Shown here in pieces: positions 36,225 through 45,827 of a stretch of 63,905 nt of DNA. Below the pieces are notes generated by a model. It searched no databases, was not told where the DNA came from, and was given only the letters and a program-made list of their open reading frames with translations. Numbering within the stretch: position 1 is the stretch's first letter; each line of letters begins with the position of its first letter. The position numbers and the translations under genes are program-made. Source of the DNA: an uncultured virus (IMG/VR IMGVR_UViG_3300007511_000006) (taxonomy: Duplodnaviria > Heunggongvirae > Uroviricota > Caudoviricetes); IMG/VR virus record IMGVR_UViG_3300007511_000006. One strand, 5' to 3'.

Positions 36225-37235
36225 TTAACCTTTAATTCCTTTAATTATTTCCTGTGCTTTTCTAACGGTGGCAGTAGGAAATGCGTGTGATGCGTTTTTA
36301 ACAACCTGCTCTATTGTAGACGGCAAAGAAGACCCAAATGCAGATTGTATTAAATTCTGACTATCAAATGCTTCAATTTGTGCCGCGGTTTGTACTGCTG
36401 TATTTAATATATCATATGGATTTTTATCAGGAATAGAATCTAATACTCCACGCAACCCTGATATTATTGATTCACTGCTTGCTCCAAGTCCGTCTGCAGT
36501 GGATCCTGGAAGTCTGTCATAACCAGCAGCCCCAAAATTTGGAATCTGTGCCACGGGGATATCTGCATATGTATACGCATCATAACTTATAGCAATATTA
36601 CTTTCCTTGGGACCAGAGCCGTCTGATTGATCATGGGACCCATGAGAGAATTGGGTTACGATAGGATTTTTTAAACTATATCTACTTCCTATTCCTTTTG
36701 ATAAAGAATATATTTGTATTTCTTTAATTAAATTTGTTCCTTGCAAAGTAAAGTTAGAATCTAAACCCCAACTCAATAATGCACTTGAACTTGCTTCCTG
36801 ATAGGTGTCTTTTAATCCTGATGTTCTAATACCATATTCACCATCGGCCTTATTCCCGTCAGAAGTGTAGTGGTTATAAACATTTGAAAGAAAGTTTCTA
36901 ACATTATTTGCGTTATCATCATGAAATACGATGTTTACACCGTTATACGCAACACCTGTATAATTAAAAGACTTTCTATTGTATTGTTTAAGTTCCTCTA
37001 CATCAAAACTAACACCTGGTAGATCAACAGACTTTACCATAAAGCCTACTTCATTGTCTTGATAATTTAATGTCTTTGCAGAACTATCTAAAATAAAAAC
37101 ACAATGATATAAAAATCTAAACTTAGGTGAAAGTCTGTAATTAGAATGTGTGTAAAGGTTACTTGCGTGGCGGTAGTCCTTCATAAAACCGCCGGCCCCA
37201 ATACCACGCAAATAATTGTTAAGATACGATGCCAT
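36225..37235 (-). CDS. Tail-tube-fold baseplate/tube initiator protein (gp54/gp48-like)
   Basis: VKSVDLP...QYNRK...IVFHDD tube-like motifs; follows the tail tube. Confidence 0.6.
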   Translation of the reverse strand: MASYLNNYLRGIGAGGFMKDYRHASNLYTHSNYRLSPKFRFLYHCVFILDSSAKTLNYQDNEVGFMVKSVDLPGVSFDVEELKQYNRKSFNYTGVAYNGVNIVFHDDNANNVRNFLSNVYNHYTSDGNKADGEYGIRTSGLKDTYQEASSSALLSWGLDSNFTLQGTNLIKEIQIYSLSKGIGSRYSLKNPIVTQFSHGSHDQSDGSGPKESNIAISYDAYTYADIPVAQIPNFGAAGYDRLPGSTADGLGASSESIISGLRGVLDSIPDKNPYDILNTAVQTAAQIEAFDSQNLIQSAFGSSLPSTIEQVVKNASHAFPTATVRKAQEIIKGIKG

Positions 37236-37239
37236 TAAA

Positions 37240-37848
37240 TTAGCCTGTCGCTACTGAACCTGCTCCTCTTGATACGGGCGCACCAACACCATTACCAATC
37301 GGTGTGTTCAATGCGTTATCATATCTAATTGACATTGTAATTGTTGCTGGGTCACTTGCTGTATAAGTCAAGTCATTATAGTTTACGTTTTCAATATAGC
37401 AACCGTACAATTCCCATGTTTCTAGAACACCCGGGGCTGTCGCACCGTTACCACCGTCAAGTACTTCGTACTTTAGTGTAAACTTGTAATCAATACCAGA
37501 TACTGAACTCATTTGCTCGAAGAAGTCGAACTGCTTCTGCATTTGTTCACCTACTCGGCGAGTCATCTCACCGTTTACATCATCACGTAGATTAATTGTA
37601 ACTGGTTCCCATGTATGTTTACCAAGAACATTAATTCTTGAGTTGTAAACATCTATAATTTGATTCTCAAAGGATGCTGTTGGTCGAGTAATATCCATTA
37701 CATTCTTTGTGATTTCTGATCTCGGAGTAGTAACGCCAAAGTTTTCCATTATCGCTCTAAAGCGATATTTCAATTTCGGCATCAAAGTACCTTGAGATCC
37801 GGCTCCACTAATTGGAACTGTGAATTTTGTTAATGACGCTACGGACAT
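37240..37848 (-). CDS. gp19: Tail tube protein (gp19-like)
   Basis: PKLKYRFR, GKHTWEPVTINLRDD, WELYGC, IRYDNA; directly after the sheath. Confidence 0.85.
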   Translation of the reverse strand: MSVASLTKFTVPISGAGSQGTLMPKLKYRFRAIMENFGVTTPRSEITKNVMDITRPTASFENQIIDVYNSRINVLGKHTWEPVTINLRDDVNGEMTRRVGEQMQKQFDFFEQMSSVSGIDYKFTLKYEVLDGGNGATAPGVLETWELYGCYIENVNYNDLTYTASDPATITMSIRYDNALNTPIGNGVGAPVSRGAGSVATG

Positions 37849-37880
37849 ATTATTCTCCTATTTCTTTTATTTATCTATGT

Positions 37881-37908
37881 ATTAGGGGTGGTTTTTGCCA
37901 CCCCTAAT
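37881..37908. promoter_or_regulatory. 11-bp stem-loop between the sheath and tube genes
   Basis: ATTAGGGGTGG-N6-CCACCCCTAAT, no clear U-tract; followed on the minus strand by TAAATA. Confidence 0.55.
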
Positions 37909-37921
37909 CATTGTTTAAACT

Positions 37922-40900
37922 CTATAGAGCCGCGATTTCTCCTGTATTCTTCAATCTTACTGGAATATAAATGAACTCTAACGCCTTAATTGGCTCAATT
38001 GCTACGTCAACGTATAATTCGTTACGATCAATTCTAGCCGGGGTGTTATTAGTTTCATCACATACTACCAAGTAATCACCAATTGCTCGCTTAGCCAATA
38101 GTTCATTACAAAATGAATCAATTACACCCTTAATTTCGTTACGGGTTAATTCATCATTGGGTTCGAAAATAAATGGTTTTGCGATAAGATCTAGTTGACG
38201 TCTCATGTAAGACACGAGTCTTGAAACGTTAACTCTATCAATTGCGGAAGATGTAGAAGAGCGGGTCTTATTACCAAAGTTCATCAAACCACTGCCATTA
38301 ATAAATGTTAATGGATTAATGTTATCAGTATATAATACGTCACGTAGTCCTTCTCTAACTGCAATGCTGTTAAACTCTCCTGATCCATCAATATAACCAA
38401 TTGCTGTAGCATTGGAAATTTTTCCTCTGTTTGTGCCTGCGGCCGCAAACCATGGATAACCGACACTATCATTATAAGCAAATGTGCGTAATACCATATG
38501 ACTTGCCGGAACAACAATTTTGTTACCTGCTAGGTCATTTGATAACCCTGATGGGTAGTAAACTGACATATATTCATTATTAGTTACTAGGCCATCTTCA
38601 CCGTTATCTTCGGCTGCATTAGAGTTTTTACTCCATACTTGAATTTTCGCAGAATTATCTGCTAAACGGAACGGAGTATCACCAATAACGTGAGCAGTTT
38701 CTTTTCTATCTACGTTCAATGTAGTCATATTTGATAGCAATTCTGGATATCCAGGGGCGGCAAGTAAGTTAAATTGACGTTGCTCTTCACGAATATCTGT
38801 ATTTGCATCAACCGCTGATTTCATTGCGGCAACAACGACTGCACGTTGGGCCTTGCGACCTGCGTATAGTGTTCCATTAGATTTTGTGCCTGACTTGTTT
38901 GTCCAACGATCTGGATAATAAGTAGCAACAGATTCGCTTGACATACGTGGGTTACCTGAAGAATATTTTGATGTTGTAACAAAATCTTTCTTATATTCTT
39001 TTACTGTATAACCACTGCGTCTTGTATTCCATAGCAACATACCACGTGGATATGACGCAGGATCTGGAGCATCCGGATCTAGGAAATCATCGCTTAATAA
39101 ATCTGCAATACTTGATGCAGTACCAGCGCCTGTGCCACTTACTTTAGCGGCGGCCGCTGTTTGCCATCTTGCATCAGCAAATAAAACACCATTTGATGAT
39201 GTTTGATCTGTTGTATCAATTAGAATCCATTCACCACCTTGTCTACGATAAATCTTAGGATAATTATCTAAGTCAGATGTGTTGACCCAAATATCACCAT
39301 TTACAAGTGCTGTTTCATCAGATTGTGTTAGTGGTTCAGCGGCTGCAAAAATTGGGCCAGCTGGATCTGTTACACTTAGATCATATCCACGATAATCTGT
39401 TGAAACATTTTGGTAACCTTTCCATGTTGTACCATCATGAACCATGATGTCAGCAACAAGTGTTGTGTCATACCATAAATCACCTTCAGCAGGATCTGTT
39501 GTAGGTGTTGTTAATGATGCTTCATATGTTAACTCTTCCCAGTTTGTACCAATTAGGTCACCATTTGGCAGCGTATATACATTAGATAATGAAGCAGAAA
39601 TACTAGCATCTGCCACACCCGTTAGTGGTGTGCCTGATGTATCGCGTAGTACTAAGTCACCACCTTTAGCATGAATTAGTGACACTGCACCTGATGTTTC
39701 AATTTTAGCCGAAACATCTGTAATACCTGCGGCGCTGACTGCTGTTACAAAAGCTGTTGCAGTAGTGCCAGTCAAAGTTACAGTTGTACCATTAATAGTG
39801 AATGTTTCTGTAGATGTGAATGTTGGTGATGTGTTAGTACCAGTAACAACAAGCTCGCCGGCCGACTTGCGTCGATATGGTTTAAATGTTACTTCATCCA
39901 CTGAATCAACATCAGTATCAACCATTATCGAGCCTACTGTTATAGTTCTTGGATCAGTACCACCTAAACTTGTTGTAGCGACTGTTATACTATCATAAAC
40001 GCTTGGGGCTTTTGCTTCCCATAACCCAGTTGTTGATGAATATACTCTAAATTTAATATTATTACCGTTAGATCCGCCTAAATTGCCATCAAGTTTAACC
40101 CACATACTACCAGTCGGTGCTTCGTTTGCGGCGCCTGGTGTCCAAGGTGGCGGAGATGTATATGATGCTTCGCTCATCAACGGACCAAAATAGGTATCGG
40201 CAGTTATGCCCATGTCTGCAAGTGCAGTACCTGAAACGTTTGCAAAAATAGCAGATCTATCAGCGGATCCGCCTGCGGCTGATGAACCAATAATATATAT
40301 TTCTAAAACACCACTATTGTTATATGCCTGAACACCCTTTCTTGCAGTTGCAAGACCGTCAAACGTGGTATTAATATTGTTAACAATATCAGCAACGCCT
40401 GTACCAGTAAATGTAATAGTTGTACCATTGATACTAAACGCGTCACCAATGTTCACCGCACTTGGTGTAACTGAAATTGCTGGGAAACTTGATGCCCATG
40501 ATGCATTTCTTGTTGCTTCAGAATGTGGAGAGTCAGTTGCAGTACCTGAACCAACTGCTACCCATGTGTTACTGCTATTTTTATAATATACAGCATTGTT
40601 TGTTGTTGCTGTAACAATTGCGTAATCACCTATAGAACCAAATGAAGCATTTGGAATATAGGATGGACTACCTGTGTGCTCTGTAGCACAAATTTTAGGT
40701 ATTGTATATGTAAATGTATCTGTTGTGGCATTCCATACATGTAAACCCCACACTGTATTTGTTAAATTTAACCAATGTGTGCCGTTAACTGGGGTACCTG
40801 TTGGCGCCGTTGCAGAGCCTGTTAATTTGCTTAAATCAATATCTGCTCTTAACACGTATGCTCTATTAGCAATACCTAAATATGAATACGCGGCATGTAA

Positions 40901-41179
40901 GCCGTATTCGTTTAATTCATAGCCATGCAACATTGTTCCAGAAGTACTACTATAAAAAGTAGGAGTACCATATGTTGTAGCTAATTCTAGTTGTGAAGTA
41001 AGTAGCTGAACCTTGCCGGCATTCGCCGCTGTTGTTCCGGATGCTGTGCCTGATCCAGAAGCTTGTAACTTATTTTGTGCAGTTGCTACTAATATTAGTG
41101 GAACTGTACCTGGATCTGATGTAACATACGCGGATTCATTGGTTACAGTAACTTCAACACCTGGAGATACTAAAGCCAT
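37922..41179 (-). CDS. gp18: Contractile tail sheath protein (gp18-like), extended
   Basis: MALVSPGVEV, PWFAAAG, RVNVSRL, FIFEPND, EFIYIP. Confidence 0.93.
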   Translation of the reverse strand: MALVSPGVEVTVTNESAYVTSDPGTVPLILVATAQNKLQASGSGTASGTTAANAGKVQLLTSQLELATTYGTPTFYSSTSGTMLHGYELNEYGLHAAYSYLGIANRAYVLRADIDLSKLTGSATAPTGTPVNGTHWLNLTNTVWGLHVWNATTDTFTYTIPKICATEHTGSPSYIPNASFGSIGDYAIVTATTNNAVYYKNSSNTWVAVGSGTATDSPHSEATRNASWASSFPAISVTPSAVNIGDAFSINGTTITFTGTGVADIVNNINTTFDGLATARKGVQAYNNSGVLEIYIIGSSAAGGSADRSAIFANVSGTALADMGITADTYFGPLMSEASYTSPPPWTPGAANEAPTGSMWVKLDGNLGGSNGNNIKFRVYSSTTGLWEAKAPSVYDSITVATTSLGGTDPRTITVGSIMVDTDVDSVDEVTFKPYRRKSAGELVVTGTNTSPTFTSTETFTINGTTVTLTGTTATAFVTAVSAAGITDVSAKIETSGAVSLIHAKGGDLVLRDTSGTPLTGVADASISASLSNVYTLPNGDLIGTNWEELTYEASLTTPTTDPAEGDLWYDTTLVADIMVHDGTTWKGYQNVSTDYRGYDLSVTDPAGPIFAAAEPLTQSDETALVNGDIWVNTSDLDNYPKIYRRQGGEWILIDTTDQTSSNGVLFADARWQTAAAAKVSGTGAGTASSIADLLSDDFLDPDAPDPASYPRGMLLWNTRRSGYTVKEYKKDFVTTSKYSSGNPRMSSESVATYYPDRWTNKSGTKSNGTLYAGRKAQRAVVVAAMKSAVDANTDIREEQRQFNLLAAPGYPELLSNMTTLNVDRKETAHVIGDTPFRLADNSAKIQVWSKNSNAAEDNGEDGLVTNNEYMSVYYPSGLSNDLAGNKIVVPASHMVLRTFAYNDSVGYPWFAAAGTNRGKISNATAIGYIDGSGEFNSIAVREGLRDVLYTDNINPLTFINGSGLMNFGNKTRSSTSSAIDRVNVSRLVSYMRRQLDLIAKPFIFEPNDELTRNEIKGVIDSFCNELLAKRAIGDYLVVCDETNNTPARIDRNELYVDVAIEPIKALEFIYIPVRLKNTGEIAAL

Positions 41180-41327
41180 AATCTTTTTCCTCGTATAAAA
41201 TTTTAATTAAAATTCTACATCTATATAGATGTATTTGTTACCAATATTTATTTAGATTTCCGGAATTTAGTGCCATACGAAGGTGCCCAAAGGGCAAAGA
41301 AAAGGGTTCATAAAAATAAATACTCTC

Positions 41328-41684
41328 GTGAAACATAGCGAAAGACCGCTCTGTCGTTGCGGTATGCGACCAGTAGCAATAAATTATTATAAAAAAGGCA
41401 ACCCGCATTACAGATCAAGGTGTGATAAGTGCGCTCGAAAAGCAAAAAAACTTCGAACCACACCCAAGACAAATTGGAAGTCTAGTGGATATAATAAAAA
41501 AAACTACTGTGAAAAGTGTGGCTTTAAAGCAGACCACACAGTACAACTAGATGTTTATCACCAAGACGGAGATAGGAAAAATAATAATTGGAAGAATTTA
41601 AAAACAGTTTGCGCTAACTGTCATAGATTATTATACGCTACTGGTAAGGGATGGAAGCAGGGTGATTTAATTCCTGATTTCTAA
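41328..41684 (+). CDS. HNH endonuclease with zinc-binding cysteines
   Basis: CEKCG...VYHQDGDRKNN...NLKTVCANCHR; TAAATA-N5-GTG start at 41328. Confidence 0.8.
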   Translation: MKHSERPLCRCGMRPVAINYYKKGNPHYRSRCDKCARKAKKLRTTPKTNWKSSGYNKKNYCEKCGFKADHTVQLDVYHQDGDRKNNNWKNLKTVCANCHRLLYATGKGWKQGDLIPDF

Positions 41685-42311
41685 ACACAATGCTTTAACT
41701 GATTCTTCAAGCGATTGCAGAGTGCTATTGTTTTTAATAGTATAATCCAAATCACACCCAACCCAAGAATATTCTGATGCATGTACTTTTGGATACACTA
41801 ATGGCATCATTAACTCATGCATAGGTTCATCACGCTCTGCATTATCTGCAACTGCTGTACTCCACCATTCGGGCTCTGTACCGCGTTTTACACGTATTAT
41901 CTTTCCATCTAGTCTTTTTATTAGATCAATCTCATTGGGAAAGCGTGTATCAGTAATAATAACGTTGTGTTCAGCAGTAGTTAGTTTCTTTTCTAAACTT
42001 AACAACCATATATCGTCGTGAAACTTATTACGCCATAAATCTGTGCCGCATACTTGTAGAGCAAGTCGTGGAGTAAAGTCAGGCATGTCTAGTTTATTTG
42101 CCCACCATTCGTCTACTGTTTCGCGCCATTCTCTGCTTTCTTTCGTGTCGCCTTCTAGCATGGCACGATCCCATTGGAATACAGAGGCAAGTGAATCTTT
42201 TAATGAGTCAGCAAAACTTCCTCTAATCCATGTTTCTCTACTATTATCGATAAGATAATTTGCGACAGTGTCTTTACCACAGCCTTTGAATCCTACTAGT
42301 CCTATAATCAT
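41667..42311 (-). CDS. Deoxynucleoside monophosphate kinase (T4 gp1-like)
   Basis: GFKGCGKDT, SFADSLK, PRLALQVCGTD, DTRFPNE, HASE. Confidence 0.9.
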   Translation of the reverse strand: MIIGLVGFKGCGKDTVANYLIDNSRETWIRGSFADSLKDSLASVFQWDRAMLEGDTKESREWRETVDEWWANKLDMPDFTPRLALQVCGTDLWRNKFHDDIWLLSLEKKLTTAEHNVIITDTRFPNEIDLIKRLDGKIIRVKRGTEPEWWSTAVADNAERDEPMHELMMPLVYPKVHASEYSWVGCDLDYTIKNNSTLQSLEESVKALCLEIRN

Positions 42312-42322
42312 ATGTTTAAATG

Positions 42323-42400
42323 TTATTGTGTTTTATTGTGAATGTAGAGTGTTGCCGCTACGAGTGCGACTACTACCATGATAAAAATCACGGTTCCCAT
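42323..42400 (-). CDS. 25-aa single-helix membrane peptide (absent from the ORF track)
   Basis: AGGAGA RBS; MGTVIFIMVVVALVAATLYIHNKTQ; fills the intergenic gap. Confidence 0.6.
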   Translation of the reverse strand: MGTVIFIMVVVALVAATLYIHNKTQ

Positions 42401-42427
42401 CTGTGGTTCTCCTGTGTGTGTGTAATA

Positions 42428-43189
42428 TTATCCAATGACGAATGACATCGGTGTGCCACCATCTTCAAAGTTTTGTAATTGTAATGCTAGATCAACCATC
42501 TCTTGTTGGCCTTCTGCTTTTAATTCACTACCATTCATCGTTGTACCACCTTGTGGTCCAGCGATTGTAGCAAATTTGGAACGTGCTTCGCCGAGTATTT
42601 GCTTGCACATTGCGAGTGTATAATCTTCTATCCATTTCTTTGTCATATGGTGTTGAATTATATTTTCAAGTGGTTTTTGGTTATATAACCAAAGTAATAC
42701 GCTTTCAGTGTCACCGTCAACTTTACGAACGATTGTAAGTTTTTTAGTTACTGAATCCCATGTATAATTAATAAATCCACCAAACATTCTTGATGCTGTT
42801 TCTTGATATCCAGCAAATAATTCATATGTTGCTAAACCACCTACTCTACCTGCCTGTAGCATATACATATTCATGTAACCTGCTTCGAATGGCTCAAAGT
42901 TTGAAGCACCTTCACCACTTGTGCTACCAATAGTTCTTCTAAATATTTGTCTAACTTCTAAAATATTATCGTCTAAAAAATACTCTTGTTTATTTTTCTC
43001 TAATGTTAAAAAGCCATAAGACTCTTCAACACTGTTAGCACTCATTTGACGATATCTGTTAACAGCATTGTTTAATGCTACTTCCAAATGCTCGTTGTCT
43101 AGTTCAATATCAATGATTCTCTCACCTAAACGTAATCTAACATTTGTGAATAACGCATTTTTAAGTTTGGTTAATTCTTTTGTTGCCAT
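42428..43189 (-). CDS. Neck protein (gp13-like head-tail adaptor)
   Basis: LRLG...IELD, LGEARSKF, GGTTMNG, FVIG end. Confidence 0.8.
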   Translation of the reverse strand: MATKELTKLKNALFTNVRLRLGERIIDIELDNEHLEVALNNAVNRYRQMSANSVEESYGFLTLEKNKQEYFLDDNILEVRQIFRRTIGSTSGEGASNFEPFEAGYMNMYMLQAGRVGGLATYELFAGYQETASRMFGGFINYTWDSVTKKLTIVRKVDGDTESVLLWLYNQKPLENIIQHHMTKKWIEDYTLAMCKQILGEARSKFATIAGPQGGTTMNGSELKAEGQQEMVDLALQLQNFEDGGTPMSFVIG

Positions 43190-43200
43190 ACATATATTTA

Positions 43201-44433
43201 TTAGATTACCTTAAGTAATATAGTATCAGAGTTTACCCTCCCGTTAAGTTTCGTGTCTGTGGTGGTCAATTCATCTAAGAACTTGCGTAAAGCAACCTTG
43301 CCCGCACTCTTAAACTCTTTTAGCGAGTCTTCTGGCTTACGCAATGTTTTTTGTCTGCTTAACTTCTCGTCAAAACCTATAATAGTAGTGCCTTTAATGC
43401 TTAACCCTGTGCCATCCCTAGCCATACCCTTTGGATCAATGTTAGAGGCAACATACTTGCCAATCTTGCGATTCTTTGTGTTGTAAACCCAAAGTTCGTT
43501 AGCACCAATTATGTCTTTTGGATCTATCGAGACAAGTTTTAGTTTTTCGTCCTGTATTTTATACTTAATCTTGCCAATCAACTTCTCTTTGCTTAGTGCT
43601 TTCTTCTTACGCACCTTGCGAGTTGCTTTTTGTAGATTAGCATGATGCTCAGCGTCTGCAACAATAGCAGAGTAAAAAGCAAGTAACTTCTTTAACTCTG
43701 ACTTTTTATATGGATAGCCTTCTAATAATTGTGCTTCCATCTCATCTTCTTTATCTACACCATTAATTAATAGTGTAAGATCCGCAATCTCATTCTCAAA
43801 CATCCTAGGAATAAGTCCGGCCGCTTTGCCAGATATGTTATGTGTTTGTAGCAAAGTGGACAATTTGAAATCTGACTTAAAGCCATTGGCAATCATGTCG
43901 TCAACAGCACCTTCAATGTACTCGCCAACAAAATTGTTTATTTTCTCTATCATGCGATCCTGAATAGAGATAACTTGAGCCGCTTTTGGTTTCTCTTTTG
44001 GCTTTGCGGTATCCTCTCCCCAGCCTTGTGGATTTTCAATAGACTCGACAATTATGCGAATTCTCTTTTTAAGTCCAGCGAGAAGATTATCCATTGGCGG
44101 AGCGCCTTTGAGTAGCATACGAGCAACGGAGCCGGCAGTAATACCAATTTGGTAATCTGGCGCATCCTTTATTGCCGCAATTGCCACTTTATCAACAACC
44201 TTTTGCGATTTCATCCATTCAATAAGCGGTTGCTTACTGTCCTTGAACGTGTGGTGATAATTATAAAAATTGAGGCCTTGCGTAATACGCAGGTTAATTT
44301 CAGTTTTTATTTCGTCGTCCAAATCTAGTATTTCTTCAGACGTAAAACTTACATCATCCCACGTAGGCTCTGCAAATGCTCCGTCAACTTTTTTAGATAC
44401 TCGTTTCTTTGCTTTTTTCTTTTTAGCGGCCAT
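43201..44433 (-). CDS. Early hypothetical protein
   Basis: 410 aa; WVYNTKNRK, QKTLRKP; own sigma70 promoter. Confidence 0.7.
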   Translation of the reverse strand: MAAKKKKAKKRVSKKVDGAFAEPTWDDVSFTSEEILDLDDEIKTEINLRITQGLNFYNYHHTFKDSKQPLIEWMKSQKVVDKVAIAAIKDAPDYQIGITAGSVARMLLKGAPPMDNLLAGLKKRIRIIVESIENPQGWGEDTAKPKEKPKAAQVISIQDRMIEKINNFVGEYIEGAVDDMIANGFKSDFKLSTLLQTHNISGKAAGLIPRMFENEIADLTLLINGVDKEDEMEAQLLEGYPYKKSELKKLLAFYSAIVADAEHHANLQKATRKVRKKKALSKEKLIGKIKYKIQDEKLKLVSIDPKDIIGANELWVYNTKNRKIGKYVASNIDPKGMARDGTGLSIKGTTIIGFDEKLSRQKTLRKPEDSLKEFKSAGKVALRKFLDELTTTDTKLNGRVNSDTILLKVI

Positions 44434-44472
44434 AATTTTACTCCATAATATGAATATATAGTGCTAAATAGT

Positions 44473-44501
44473 ATTATATAGACAAATCCGAAAAAAGTCA
44501 A
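44473..44501 (-). promoter_or_regulatory. sigma70-type promoter
   Basis: TTGACT-N17-TATAAT. Confidence 0.75.
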
Positions 44502-44545
44502 TAAAATACACTATATAAGTGTTTAATTAATAAGAGTTTTTTATA

Positions 44546-45748
44546 ATGCCAAGATTATCGCTATGGAAACCGACCAAAGGTAACGATTTTAAGTTCATGG
44601 ATAATCGCATCCGTGAGCAATTTATCATTGGTGGCACTGGAGTTAATGTTCACAAATACCTAGGTCCAGTTAACCAAGGCAACACAAAGAAGGCTGATCA
44701 ACCATTATACGAAAACCAATCCGTATCTAACATACAAGATCTATTGTTTATGGAAAACAGAGATCGAAAATATGAAAAAGACGTTAATTTTATGAAGGGA
44801 CTCTATAACGTACAAGATATAGATTTTGATTTATCTCAATTTGGCTTGTTTTTGCAAAACGATACTATATTCATTACGTTCCATCTTAATGATATGGTTG
44901 ATATTTTAGGCAGAAAGTTAATTAATGGCGATGTTATTGAACTTCCGCATCTTCAAGATGATCATGCCTTAGAAGATGAAGAAGTTGACAAAGTATACGA
45001 AAGTTTAAAACGATACTACGTAGTTCAAGATGGAAACCGAGCCGCAGAAGGGTTTAGCCAAACTTGGTATCCTCATTTATGGCGAGTTAAATGTACACCA
45101 CTTGTTGATGCACAAGAATACAGAGATATTATTGGCGATATTACTTCAGGCGTCGATGGAGAGGATGATACACTAAAAAGTATTTTAAGTGATTATAGTA
45201 AGAACTTAGAAATTAATGATGCCGTAGTTAAGCAAGCAGAAGCAATGGCTCCATATGTACAAGATGTAGTAGACGGTAGAAGTGGTTACGACACAACACG
45301 TTTTTGGATTGCGCCATCGAAAGACGACGGATCTATATTATTAGTTTCTGCAGATGATGGTTCACTTACTTCTGATGCTGAGAAAGAAAGTGCTGACGTA
45401 TTTTATGGAATGTCTGAAGAAAAAATTAGTCATTACTTGGCAGGCGACGGGGTGCCACCAAATGGAGCGCCGGCGACACTTTTAACAAGTTTCCCTGCTA
45501 CTCCTGTTAAGGGAGAATACGTATTACGTGTAGATTATATGCCTAATAGATTGTATATTTTTAATGGCAAAAAATGGGCATTCGTTGAAGATAATGTTCG
45601 TATGCAAATTACTAACTACACAGATCGTTATACATATAGAACTAAAACGTTTAATGATAAGACTTCTATTACTTTAGCAGACGGCAGCGAAGTAAAAGCA
45701 CGCCAAAGTTTATCTAATGTACTACGTGCAAGAGAGGATGAAGAATAA
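44546..45748 (+). CDS. Neck/head-closure protein (gp14-like)
   Basis: MPRLSLW, DLSQFGLF, GDVIELPH; context between gp13-like and gp15-like genes. Confidence 0.65.
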   Translation: MPRLSLWKPTKGNDFKFMDNRIREQFIIGGTGVNVHKYLGPVNQGNTKKADQPLYENQSVSNIQDLLFMENRDRKYEKDVNFMKGLYNVQDIDFDLSQFGLFLQNDTIFITFHLNDMVDILGRKLINGDVIELPHLQDDHALEDEEVDKVYESLKRYYVVQDGNRAAEGFSQTWYPHLWRVKCTPLVDAQEYRDIIGDITSGVDGEDDTLKSILSDYSKNLEINDAVVKQAEAMAPYVQDVVDGRSGYDTTRFWIAPSKDDGSILLVSADDGSLTSDAEKESADVFYGMSEEKISHYLAGDGVPPNGAPATLLTSFPATPVKGEYVLRVDYMPNRLYIFNGKKWAFVEDNVRMQITNYTDRYTYRTKTFNDKTSITLADGSEVKARQSLSNVLRAREDEE

Positions 45749-45827
45749 TGCATATCTATAAAAGAGTATGGTTTAAAAAGGAGGATAAGTAGTTGGATTT
45801 TTTTACGATGGGCAAATAAGACGATAC

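Noticed and set aside
41328..41684. HNH gene as an intron-encoded or mobile homing endonuclease
   Set aside because: It interrupts no gene, has its own late promoter, and no intron structure is visible; more likely a resident late gene
42413..42423. Short (TG)n tract
   Set aside because: Only about five units, with no evident functional context
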